Shown: positions 41,428 through 53,906 of the stretch, one piece after another | How positions within the stretch are numbered: position 1 is the first letter of the stretch | How the letters are laid out: every line of letters begins with the position of its first letter | NCBI RefSeq assembly: GCF_963921235.1 | Contig: NC_086097.1 | Coordinates: 160,892,001 to 160,956,000, forward strand | Direction of reading: 5' to 3' | Source of the DNA: Mobula hypostoma | Lineage: Eukaryota | DNA: 64,000 nt | Translations under genes and position numbers: made by a program | The notes under the pieces: model-generated | The model's input: only the letters and a program-made list of their open reading frames with translations | Told to the model about the DNA's origin: nothing | Databases searched by the model: none

Positions 41428-42234
41428 AGAGATTGACGGGTTCTTGATTTGACATGGCATCAAAGGTTTTGGGGAGAGGGCCAGGAATAGTAGTTGAAGA
41501 GGAGATAAAGAAAAGGATCAGCCTTGACTGAATGGCAGAGCAAACTCAATGGGCCAGATGGCCTAATTCTGCTCCTATGCCTTGTGGTCCAACTCAGCAG
41601 GCCAGGCTGTATCTATGGAAGAGAGTACAGTCAACATTTCAGGCCAAGACCCTTCATCAGGAGTGGTGATGGATCTCGTCCCAAAACATTGACTGTGTTC
41701 TTTTCCATACATGCTGCCTGGCCCGTTGAGTTCCTCCAGCATTTGGTGTGTGTTGCTTGGATTTCTAGCTTCTGCAGATTTTCTCTTGTTCATTATTACA
41801 TTGTGGTTTGACTGCAAAGTAAATCTTACATTTCCTTTAATATGGCAATGACCACACCAGCAACATGGTTAATGATGGGCCTGCTTTGGGATGTCTTTCA
41901 CATCTTCTCCCTGTCTTTCACTCATCAAATCCTCCTGCACTTACACCAGTCTCAACCAACAGAATGGTGAATCCTACTGATCATACATTATCTCTACCAT
42001 CTAGTCATAGACTAGCAGATGCATAGAAACAGTACCTACAAAGTCCTGGAATGCCCTCCCAACAGAATGAGTGTTTCAATGTTCTCTTGATTGACATCTA
42101 TAGGAGGTTCATTTGCACCACTTTCGCTTTCAATTCAAGCACCCTTGACCATGTAATGAAATAATTCTGCAATTATATTTGAAAAAACTTGAGTCAAACA
42201 AAATGTTTTTTCCAAGTCTCAGTACTTGTAGGCT

Positions 42235-42240
42235 TTTATT
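42235..42240 (-). terminator. Poly(A) signal of the Z2-like gene
   Basis: AATAAA about 140 nt after the stop codon. Confidence 0.7.
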
Positions 42241-42381
42241 TTCAATTTGAATCAGTGAACATGGTGTGAAGAACGAAGTTTCAATTCAAGCAGTTTCCTC
42301 ATCCAGTCTGCCTTGTGCACATCTTCTTTAGTACTCGAATAGCTCAAAACATGGTTCTTTTCTTTGATCTGTCATAGCTTC

Positions 42382-42513
42382 TTACCGATGACAACGTCTT
42401 GAAGCTCTTCGCCGATGAACAAGATGTGCTCTGACAATAGTACTTGATTTTCGTTTGCAAGGTTTCTTGCCATTTCTACGCCTGCGCCTGCGTTTGCGCA
42501 CACACCTCTTCAT
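42382..42513 (-). CDS. Cysteine-containing protamine Z2 (scylliorhinine Z2) homologue, 43 aa (MKRCVRKRRRRRRNGKKPCKRKSSTIVRAHLVHRRRASRRCHR)
   Basis: Translated by hand. SSTIVRAHLVHRR core and the Arg run match the recalled dogfish Z2; TATAAAA at 42561-42567. Confidence 0.92.
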   Translation of the reverse strand: MKRCVRKRRRRRRNGKKPCKRKSSTIVRAHLVHRRRASRRCHR

Positions 42514-42560
42514 GCTTCAGCCTTCAGCCACTGACCGCTTTGGAAGTGTTCAGTCTCTAG

Positions 42561-42800
42561 TTTTATAGACTTTTCAGCATCCTGCCCTATTGTCATGTCA
42601 TCATGATTTTACAGGTTTCAGCTACTTTCCATATTTGGCACTTTGTCGCAAATTTTTTTGGACTGTGTATGTTCAACATATAATTGCCTATTAAGGTATT
42701 TTTTTCCCAAACTGCCTTTTAAGGTATTTGTCTATATTTGGCACTTGGGCCGTTGTTTTGGGATTGTATATGTTTAGCAGATAACTGATTTTAAGGTATT
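42561..42800 (-). promoter_or_regulatory. Z2 promoter: TATA box, TGAC half-sites, three CArG boxes
   Basis: TATAAAA 42561-42567; TGATGACATGACA 42591-42603 (minus); CCATATTTGG 42629-42638; CCTATTAAGG 42687-42696; CCTTTTAAGG 42715-42724. Confidence 0.72.
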
Positions 42801-43817
42801 TCATGCAAAGCTACTTCTATTCAGATCACGATTATCCTGGAACACAACAATGGGTTAAAACTTACAAAGGGTTCCCATGTATATATTCTCACCAGTGAAA
42901 TGTTGAACACAATCAAATTTGTGTCCTATCTGCCAGGGCTGATTGGATTTAATTTAACTTGATAATTCTAAATTTTCCGAGAGACAATTGAGCTTTCCCA
43001 CAACATACCTTTCACTCAAAGTAAAGAACCTCTGTCCCTCTTAAGTTTAAATCAAAGTCTTTGGAAGCTTCTCTTTGCTCTGTTGGTACCTGTCTGGTCT
43101 CTCCAAACAATTGCTTGTACAATTTGATCATGAATTTCTCTGGATTATCATATAGTATAACACTATATATGGTTCAGCAAAATCCTGTTGGCCAGCTTTA
43201 GTGTTTTCTACATTTAAGCTAAACTATTTGAAGTCAATGCATGAAACATTTGTTTCCATCCAATGGAGAGTATTTTTTAGGTATTAAAATTTCAACTCTG
43301 CTATTCTCAGTCAATATTATTGAAGTAGGTGTCAAAGTACAAAGCAAGTCACTAAGGTGTTACTTCAATATGGCCTGGCAACATTTATCCAGTTGTTCTA
43401 TTCAGCCAAGTTCAGGAATGGCACCAAGTCTCCTTGAGTGAAGAACCAAGAGTTAGATTATTCTCCACAACTTTCAGCGTGAATATCCATTGCTAATGTG
43501 TGTGATGCTAGCAGCATAGTGAGTGCAGTTGGAAATCTAGGACCAAATGGTGAATGATTGTATCAGTTAAAGAAATAGGGTCAATTGTTTTTTTGCCATT
43601 TATCCCATGACTGGCCTGCATTTATTGCCCTTGAACTGAATGGCTAGCTGGGCTTTTTTATGGGGGCATGCACTGTAAATATGAGTTATTAAAGATTTCA
43701 CATAAAGGCTTGTCCAGAGAAAGATGGCAAATTTCCTTTGCTAAAGCACATTAGCACTAATAAGAACAGCAATTCAAAAAAATGACATCAAACTAGTTAA
43801 TTTTACCTGAATTTCAA

Positions 43818-43934
43818 TCACTCAGCTCTTCGCCGATGAACAAGATGTGCTCTGACAATAGTACTTGATTTTCGTTTGCAAGGTTTCTTGCCATTTCTAC
43901 GCCTGCGCCTGCGTTTGCGCACACACCTCTTCAT
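43818..43934 (-). pseudogene. 3'-truncated Z2 duplicate, 38 aa (...VHRRRAE*)
   Basis: 43824-44028 equals 42403-42607 with one mismatch in 205 bp; the stop codon comes from flanking DNA; CArG boxes and the 3' UTR are missing. Confidence 0.8.
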
Positions 43935-45949
43935 GCTTCAGCCTTCAGCCACTGACCGCTTTGGAAGTGTTCAGTCTCTAGTTTTATAGACTTTCCAGCA
44001 TCCTGCCCTATTGTCATGTCATCATGATGGTCATGTAGGAGTTCAAAGTAAACTTATTATCAAAGTACATACATGTTACCATATACTACTACCTTAAGAT
44101 TCATTTTCTTGCTGGCATTTATAGGAATAAAATGAATACTGTTGAATTTACTGAAAATTATACATAAACAGTTAAAAACTGACAAATAACCAACGTGCAA
44201 AAGAAATCAAACGGTGCAAAACAACCTAATGCTGAGAGCAAGAGTTCCAGAATCCTTGAAAGCGAGTCAGCAAGAAGGTTCTAGAATCCGTTCAAAGTAG
44301 TGGTTGCTGAAGTTATCCATGTCGGTTCAAGAGCCTGATTGTTGTAGGATATTAACTGTATCTGAACCTCAATGTCAAAGTAAAATTTATTATCAAAGTA
44401 CGTATATATATTACCAAATACTATCTTAAGATCCATTTTTTTGCAGGCATTTACAGGAAAATAAAGAAATACAACAGAATTTATGAAAAAATATTCATAA
44501 ATGTACACTGACAAACAAACAATGTGCTAAAGATAATGATTTGTGTAAATAAGAAATAATACTGAGAACATGAGCTGTAAAGAGTTCTTGAAGAGTTTGT
44601 GTGTAGAATCAGTTCATAGTTATGGTGCACAGATGAAGTTATTCACGCTGATTCAGGAGCCTGGTAGTTGTAGGGTAATTGTTCCTGAACCTGGTGGTGT
44701 GTGCTCTGTCACTGCATCGCTGCTGGGTTGCTAATGAGTCCATATGCACAATCCCTGTACCATTGATTGGAGAAGTTAAGTTTCACCAAGAGAAAAAAAA
44801 GTTGTAATAAAGGAGAGAGCAAAGAAGACAAAAGAAGAGTAAGAATAATATAAAGCTTTTAAATATGATTTATTAACTGCTGGACCAAGATACCATAGTT
44901 TCATTTGTTCTGTTTCTGAACTGGAACTAATGGCTAGCACTGAAGGAACATGCAATCAAGGGGATACTGGCCCTGTTAAATACCAACCCTATCTTTCTGC
45001 AAATTCAGCAATTTCTTGTGCAAAAGTCACAAGGCAGGTTAATTTATGGAGATATGAACATCATAAAAGTATTTCTTTCTAATCATAAGTGGCTAGGTCA
45101 TTCCAGACATATCTTTACAGCTTAAATCTGTTATTTTCTCAGCAAATTCTATGTATTTGTGTCATTATTTCAGAGCTGCTGTCCTGAAATCAATCAATAA
45201 CATAAAGTAAAAACAATAAGGATCACAGCAACATTCCCAGAAAACAGCACAATTATTCTACTCCATTATTATAATTCCTTTTTTTTTTTCACCAATGACT
45301 GCATTGGTGCTGCTTCCTGCACCCATGCTGAACTCGTTGACTTCATCCACTTTGCCTCCAATTTCCATCCTGCCCTCAAATTTACCTGGGAAAGAGGGAG
45401 AAGAGGGGAGCAGTAGTGATAGGGGACTCGACAGTCAGAGAAACAGACAGAAGATTCTGTGGATGTGAATGGGACACCCAGATGGTATGTTGCTTCCCAT
45501 GTACCACGGTCAGGGACATCTTGATCATGTCCACAGCATTTTGGAGAGGGAGAGAGAGCAGCCAGATGTCTTGGTACAGATTGGTACCAATGACATAGGA
45601 AGGAAAAGCAAAGAGGGCCTGAAAAGAGAATTCAGAGAACTTGGCAAAAAACCAAGAAGCAGGACCTCAAGGGTACTAATTTCTGGATTGCTGCCTATTC
45701 CATACGCCAGTAAGGGTAGAAACAGGATGAATTGGCAGATAAATGTGTGGCAGTGAAACTGGTGCAGGGGGCAGGGCTTCAAGTTCTTGGGTGATTGGGA
45801 TCTCTTCTAGGGGGGAATGACCTGTACAAAAGTGACACCTGGGAGCAATATTCTCATGGACAGCTTAGTTAGGACTCTTGGGAAGGGTTTAAACTAATTT
45901 GGCCAGGGGCTAGGAACTGGAGTGAAGGGACTCAGGATAGGACACTGAA

Positions 45950-48420
45950 GGGAATGCTGGCCCTTGAAGCCTAATCCTGGGGATGCAAGAACCCTCTGTA
46001 AGATCCTCACTGCTGTTGCTTGTGGACTCTGAAGCCCGTTGAATCACCCCTGTCACCAAAAAGGTCTTAGGAGTCATCCTCAAAGTAAAGTCCGGAGGAG
46101 GTAACACCATCCAAACCGGCCAAAATCCCCAATATTTAGAAGGACTTAGAGGAGGTTCTCAGCAAGGGAAAGGCCTCGACTCTTCCACTACACTGACCCT
46201 ACAATTGTACCATGGAACTGCTGCCTGGTCCTTGTCCTCTACAGGGTCGTTTGTACGTGCTCTCAGGCCTGGAGAGAAATGCCATGGAGGAGTATATAAA
46301 GGAAGGTCTTGCCATGGACTTTATTAGTCCCTCCACCTCACCAGCTGGCACAAGCTTCTTCTTTGTACAAAAGAATGATGGGAGCCTGCTGTCGTGCATT
46401 GATTACAGGGGGTTAAACTGCATAATGACCAGGAATGGCTACCCCCTTTCTCTTATGAATATGGCTTTCAAGATGCTCCAAGGAGTGAGGGCATTCACAA
46501 AATTAGATCTCCGGAGTGCCTACAATCTGGTCTGTATCAGGGAGAGCAATGAGTGGAAGATGGCATTTAATAGACCAATAGAACACTACAAGTACCAGGT
46601 TATGTCCTTCAGCCCAGTGAACACCCCAACTGTTTTCAAGGCCTTTATAAACACTGTGCTCCGGGATACTCTCCATAAGTGTGCCCTCGTCTACTTGGAT
46701 GGTACCCTAATCTTCTCAAAGTCCATGGAGGAGCACATCACTCACATCAGAGACATTTTAAAGAGGCTACTAGACCATGGACTTTACGTCAAGTTGGAGA
46801 AGTCTGAGTTTCATGTGAGGACTGTTTTATATTTGGGTTTCATCATCCTTAATGGTAATCTCAAGTTGGACCCTACCAAGACCCAGGCAGTCAGAGACTG
46901 GCCACCACCATCCAATATCAAACAGGTCCAACGACTCTTGGGATTTGCTAACTTCTACCAGAAGTTCATTAGGAATGCTGATGGCTCTAACTAAGAAATC
47001 TACAGGCCCTTTTGTCTGTACTACTGAAGCAGAAGCTGCTTTCACAGAGCTTAAACAGCCATTTACAACAGCTCCCATCTTTGTTTCTCCTAACCTGGAC
47101 CTTCCCTTCATTGGGGAGGTGGACACCTCAGACATCAGAGTAGGTGCTGTCTTGTCTCAACAGTTACCTTCAGACAGCAAACTGCACCCGTGTGCATTCT
47201 TCTCCAGGCAGCTATCCCTGGCAAAGAGAAACTATGACATCGGGAATCAGGAGTTTCTTGTGCTTAAGTTAGCTTTGGAGGAATGGCTTCACTGGCCCAA
47301 GGGGGCCAAGAACCCTTTTATCATTTGAACTGACCATTAAAACCCGGCCTATATTCAGGAAGCCAAGAGGCTGAATTCCAGGCTGGCCAGGTGGCCTTTG
47401 TTTTTTAACCAGTTTAATTTCATCCTGACCTATCAACTGCGGTTGAAGAACCAGAATCCAGATGCCCCGTCCCATAAATTTGATGAACTGGAACGAGAGG
47501 TTGTCCTGTACCAGGTCTTCAGGATCCACGGATCCCCAGTGGACATTGTCTCAGATCATGGTAAACAATTCACATCACATTTCTGGAAGGCTCTCCGTAA
47601 ACTGATAGGAATAACAGCAAGCCTTTCCTCTGGGTTTCATCCACAGTCCAACGGTCAGATGGAGCAGACCATTCAAGATTTAGAATGTACCTTGAGATGC
47701 CTGGCCTTGGAAAGACCTGAGCAGTGGTGTGACCATTTAATGTGGGCAGAGATCACCCACAACACTGTACAGCAATCGGTGCATGGGATGTCTCTATTCA
47801 AGTGCCAGTTTTGTTATCCTCCACCTCTTTCTAGAGCAAGAAACCAAAGTTGGGGTCCCTGAGGAAGAAGAACTTGTCCAATGCTGCAGGCAGTAATGGA
47901 TGGCGGCAAGAGAGATTTTGCTGGCCTCCATGCGGAGACCAAGGCAAGCCAAAGGAGAAGTCTGCGATCCGCGTTACAGCCTGGGCAACAGGTCTAACTG
48001 TCCACTTAATATTTGCCTCTCTGAGTGGAATCTAGAAAGTTGGCACCCAAATTCTTTGGTCTCTTTGAGATCCTGAGGGAAGTAAACCCAGTGGCTTACA
48101 CCCTGCAGCTCCCCAAGACCCTAAAGATCAACCCCACCTTCTACATCTCTGAACTAAAACCTGTCTGCACCAGCCCCTTGGCCCCACAACTATCGCCTCC
48201 CCACCACCCAGGATTATTGAGGGGGAACAGGCTTCATGGGGAAAAGACTTTTGGACTCGTGTAGTGCTGGAGGTGTTCAGCAATACCTGGTGGACTGGAG
48301 GAAAGGTGCTGGGTGCCAGAAAGAGACATCGTGGATCCGAATCTCTTTCACGATTACCATTACCAACTCTCTGAGCAACCAAGGCCATCAGGGGTCAGTT
48401 TGCAACTACGCCAGCTTCCG
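45950..48420 (+). mobile_element. Degenerate Gypsy/Ty3 chromovirus pol (RT, RNase H, integrase, chromodomain)
   Basis: CIDYRGLN, FTKLDLRSAYNLV, VYLDG (mutated YLDD), EVDTSDIRVGAVLSQ, IVSDHGKQFTS, SSGFHPQSNGQME, RLLDS...QQYLVDW. Confidence 0.9.
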
Positions 48421-49209
48421 AGATTTAAACACTCTAATTCTCCAGAATACAGATAGCTGGCATGGCCTCTTTAAGGGCTTAGGACATTCCCATTAATCGA
48501 TAATCATGTGTTAGGCGCCAAGAATTGGGTACTTAAGGAAAACATGAGCATAAGTTCTGTGCTCAATAGTAAGCCTACTAGTGATATCGTCCAGCATTTC
48601 TTTTGTGCTCTGATCCAGTTTGATAACATGTCTCAAATCTAGCTTCGGATACCCCAGCATTTGGTTTCAAACCATCTTCATCAAGGACTCTCGTCAATGG
48701 ACTGTAATGTATGGATCTATTTCTTTTAGACCAATGACTTTCCCCCTTAGCACTACATACTAATATGTTGTCTGCGCATGCGCTGATGTCTATGCATGCA
48801 CATTGTTCTCTCCCTCTCTCACTCTCTCCTGGCAACTTTTGTGCATTTAAAAGCACCAAAGCTCCAACAATTCCTGTCTCACCATATTAATGTCATACAG
48901 TGATTTACATTCCTATGATTCTGAATCGTCCCCCTGTTTTGTAGGCATTTACAAAATTTCATCCTATGCTGCATCTCTATTCATAGATTGATCTGAAACC
49001 CAGATTCTTGTTTATTTTTTCAGCACAATCTCTTCTGAAAGCCACCTATTTCCAAATTTAAATGTGATTGTGGCCCTTTCCACATCAACTGGTGCTGCTG
49101 CAGAAATTCAACCAGATGCCAAGTTGGTGGCTTTCAGTGGTGACTCTTTGCATTCAACTCCGAAGAAAATCATCAGATATTCCCATTTAGGACTACAGCT
49201 GAATGCAGA

Positions 49210-52200
49210 GTCGCAGTCAGGGGTACTTCAAAGTTCATATAGGAGCTGGTTGTGGATTGTGGGAGGAATGGAGACAGGCTAACCTCTATTGATACCAATG
49301 GATCTGGGGTTGAGAGGGCGAACAGCTTTAAGTTCCTCAACATCCACATCACCAAGGATCTCACGTGGTCTGTGCACACCAGCTGTGTGGTGAAAAAGGC
49401 ACAACAGCGCCTCTTTCACTTCAGACGGTGGTGGAAGTTTGGTATGGGCCCCCGAATGCTAAGAACTTTCTACAGGGGCAAAATTGAGAGCATCCTGGCT
49501 GGCTGCATCACTGCCTGGTATGAGAACTGAACCTCCCTGAATCGCAGGATTCTGCAGAGAGTGGTGCGGACAGCCCAGCGCATCTGTAGTTGTAAACTTC
49601 CCATGATTCAGGACATTTACAAAGACAGGTGTGTAAAAAGGGCCGGAAGGATCATTGGGGACTGGAGTCACCCCAATCACAATCTATTCCAGCGGCTACC
49701 ATCTGGGAAACGGTACTGCAGTATAAAAGCCAGGACCAACAGGCTCCAGGCCAGCTTCTTCCACCAGGCCATCAGACTGATAAACTCCTGCTAATTTGAG
49801 TGTACTCTATATTACATTGACTGTTCTATTTATTATAAATTACTATGATTGCACGTTGCACATTTAGATGAAGATTTTTACTCCTCATATCTGTGAAGGA
49901 TGTAAGAAATAAGGTCAGTTCAATATGTCACCATATACAACCATGAGATTCATTTTCTTGTGCACATACTCAATAGATCCAATAACCATAATAGAATCAA
50001 TGAAAGATCACACCCAACTGGGCAAACAACCAGTGTGCAAAGGACAACACACTGTATAAATACAAAAAAAGAAATAATAATAATAAACAAATAAGCAATA
50101 AATACCGAGAGCATGAGATGAAGAGTCCTCGAAGGTGAGTACATAAGTTGTGGGAACATTTCTGTGATGGGCCATTAAGTTGAGTGAAGTTATCCCCTTC
50201 GATTCAAGAGCCTGATAGTTGAGGGGTAGTTGTTCTTGAACCTGGTGGTGCGAGTCCTGAGGTTTCTGTACCTTCTTCCTGATGGCAGCAGTGAGAAGAG
50301 AGCCTGAATTGGGTGGTAGAGGTTGCTGATGATGAATGGTGCTTTCCTGCAATAATGGCCTGTATAGATGTGTTCACTGGTTGGGAGGGATTTAACTGTG
50401 ATGGACTGGACCGTATCCACTACATTTTGGTAGGATTTTCTGTTCAAGGACATTGGTGTTTCCATACCAACCTGTGACGCAGTCAGTCAATATATTCTTC
50501 ACCACACATCTATAAACGTTTGTCAAAGTTTTGGATGTCACGCTGAATCTTTGCAAATGCCTCGGGAAGTAGAGGTGCTGCTGTGTTGTCTTTGCTGTAC
50601 TTCTGTGCTGGGCCTAGGACAGGTCCTCTGAAATGATAACACCGAGGAATTTAAAGGTGCTGATCATCTCCACCTCATTGGCTCATGGACCTCTAGTTTC
50701 CTCCTCTTGAAGTCAATAATCAGCTCTTTGATCTTGCTGACATTGAGGAAGAGGTTTTTGTTATGGCACCACTCAGCCAGATTTTCAGTCTTCCTCATAT
50801 GCTGATTCATCACCACCTTTGATTCAGCCTACGACACCAATGTCATCAACAAACTTGATAGTGGTGTATTTCCATCTCAGGCCAATGTCAGACAGGCACT
50901 GGAGGCGTTGAACACCATGATCAGCAGTCTTGAAACGAATTCTGATATCTTCCTTGTCTTTGCAGGTTTTCAACTAGGCCAGCGTGAAGAAGTCTCTGTC
51001 GACTACCATCGACATATCCCCTGTGGAACCAGAGGAGCCAACAAACTTGTCTACTGTTATGCCACCATCAACAATGCTCACCATACCATCCCATACCTGC
51101 ACTTTGTAAAGTCTGATCACCTGGCTATGCTTCTACTGTCTCCATATAGGCAGAGACTAACACCATAGAACCAGTGGTGAAGACCAAGAACGTATGGTCA
51201 AGGGAGGCAAAGGAGCATTTATAGGATTGCTTTGAATTGGTGGGCTGTACTATATACAGGGATTCATCTTTTGATCTGATTGAAAACACCCCACTTTTCA
51301 CCAACTTCATCAACACCTGTATGGATGAGTGTGTGCCTTCGATAACATACCGGGCATACCCAAATCTAAAGCCATGGATGAACTAGGAGATTCGTAGTCT
51401 GCTGCGGGCTGTATCTGTGACATTAAGACTGCTGATAGAGAACTATACAAGAAATCCAGGTACACCCTACGGAAGGCTATCTTAAGAGCAAAAAAACAAT
51501 TCTGATTGCAGTTAGAGGTGGAATTGGATGCATGTTGGCTCTGGCAGGGTTTGCAGGTTATTACTTCCTACAAGGCAAAACCTTGATGCTTCACTTCCAT
51601 ATGAGCTAAATGACTTTTATGCATGCTTTGAAAGGGAGTAAACCTGTGTTTACACCTGTGTAAATCCCTGTCACATCTGATGACCCTGTAATCTCTGTCT
51701 CGACATTATAATTTCTTTCATGAGAAATAACCCTTCTAAGTCATCAGGCCCTGATGGTGGAGCTGGTAGGGCATTGAAAACCTGTGACAACCAACTGGTG
51801 GGAGATTTTCAAGGACATCTCTCACTGCTGTAGTTGGAGGTTTCCACCTACTTCAAAAAGGTGACGATCATGGCATCGCCCAAGACGAGCAGGATGATCT
51901 GCCTCAACACTTATCACCCACATCTACTGTGCTGAAGTGCTTTGAGGGGTTGGTCATGGCTAGGATCAACTCCTGCCTTAAATAAGGACATGGAGCCTCT
52001 GCAATTTGCCTATTGCCACTATAGGTCCACTGCAGATGCAACCTCATTGGTTCTCCACTTGGCATTGGATCACCTGCTGTTTATTGATTACAGCTCAGAG
52101 TTCAACACCAGCATACCCTCAGTACAAATTAAAAAGTTCCAAAACCTGGGCCTCTGTACCTCCCTTTGCAACTGGATCCTTGATCATTTCATCAGAAGAC

Positions 52201-53135
52201 CACAGAAATGCAAATTGGAAATAACATCTCCTCCTCACTGACAGTCAACGTGGGCATAGCTCAAGGATGCGTGCTTTCCCCATCTGCTCTACTCTCTACA
52301 CCCGCAACTGGGCACAGATCAAATGCAGATGACACAAATATTGTTGGCAGAATTCCAAATGGTGATCAGGAGGTATCTAGGAGAAGGATTGATCAACTGG
52401 TTGAGTAGTGTCGAAACAACAACCTTGCACTCAACATTGGTAAGATTGTGGACCTGATTGATTGTAGATTTCCGGAAGTAGAAGTCACGGGAACACACTG
52501 CAGTCCTCATCGAGGTTTCAGCAGTGTAAAGGGTGAGCAGTTTCAAGTTCCTGCGTGTCAGTATCTCTGAAGATCTGTCCTGGGCCCAAAATATTGATTC
52601 AATTACAAAGAAGGCACGACAGTGCCGATACTTCATTAGGGGTTTGAAGAGACTTGGTATGTCACAAAAGACTCTCACATGGACTCTCAGATGTACCATG
52701 GAGAGCATCTAACTGGTTGCATCATTATCTGTTCCAAAGGGGCCACTGCACAGGATCGGAAAAAGCTGCAAACAGCTGTAAACTCAGCCATTTCCAACAT
52801 GGGCAGCAGACTCCCCAGTATTGAGGACATCTTCAAAAGGTGATGCCTCAAAAAGGTGGCATCCATCATTAAGGACCCCCATCACCCAGGACATGCCCTC
52901 TTCTCATTGCTCCCATCAAGAAGGAGACACAGGAACCTGCAGACATACACTCAATGTCTTAGAAACAGTTTCTTCTCCACCGCCATCAGATTTCTGAATG
53001 GAAAATCAATCCATGTACACTACCTCACTATTTATTTTTTGCTCTTTTTGCACTACTTGCTTAATTTATTTTATATATTTTTATTGTATTTTATAGATTT
53101 TTATTATGTATTGTAATTTATCTGATTCTGATTCT
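49210..53135. mobile_element. Cluster of Rex1/Babar-like LINE fragments in both orientations
   Basis: VERANSFKFL, KKAQQRLFHFRR, IDYSSEFNT and HPGHALFSLLPS motifs. Confidence 0.8.
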
Positions 53136-53173
53136 GAAACCTTAAAGTAAATTTATTATCAAAGTCTATATAT

Positions 53174-53906
53174 CAGGGGTCCCCAACCTTCTTTGCAGCG
53201 CGGACTGGTTTAATAATGACAATATTCTTGCAGACCGGCCGACCGGTGGGGGGAGGTATATTCAAGTAGGGTTAAACTCACCTCAACATGTCTTTTACAG
53301 TAAGGGTTGCCAATTTTCTCATCCCCAAATAAGCGACAAAACTAGCAGTCCTGGGACACTTTACCCCAGGAAAGACTACCATGACCATGCAAGCCTTGCG
53401 CGGGCACGTGTGCGCATGCGTGCTGATTTTTTTCCACAAATCGGTTTTGCCTTTATCTTCCCGACTACACTGCACATACATTATTTCTACTTTATATAGG
53501 CTGTGTATTTATCATATCATTCCTGCTTTCACTATATGTTAGTGCTATTTTCAGTTTTATGTGTTAGTTGGTATGATTTGGTAGGTTACTTTTTGGGTCT
53601 GGGAACGCTCAAAAATTTTTCCCATATAAATTAATGGTAATTGCTTCTTCACTTCACACCATCTTGGCACAAAAGGTTTCATAGGAACGCTCTACCCTAG
53701 CGGGGGAAATACGGGACAAGGGCAGTCCCATATGGGACAAACCAATTTAACCCAATATATGGGATGTCCCAACAAATACAGGACTGTTGGCAACCCTATG
53801 TTCAAGTTCAATAGTGCGTGACAGGGAATGAGGAAAGGTGCAGCTGACTCATATCATTCCCCCGTGGCCTGGTACCGGTCCGCAGCCCGGTGGTTGGGAA
53901 CCGCTG
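53174..53906. mobile_element. hAT-type non-autonomous element with an internal second TIR pair
   Basis: TIRs caggggtccccaacc / ggttgggaaccgctg; 8-bp TSD ctatatat at 53166-53173 and 53907-53914; internal agggttgccaa (53303) and ttggcaaccct (53787). Confidence 0.88.

Larger units (their letters stand above)
37485..41590 (+). mobile_element. CR1 LINE ORF2 interrupted by a hAT MITE and a solo LTR
   Basis: EPLGTSDHNMI, KSPGPDELHPRV, YLDFQKA, AKLADDTK and NFFSQSVVNLW motifs; the CR1 sequence resumes after each insertion. Confidence 0.9.

Noticed and set aside
48578..48859. 93-aa minus-strand ORF as another cluster gene
   Set aside because: Non-ATG start, not basic, and no CArG/TATA/AATAAA arrangement or recognisable homology.
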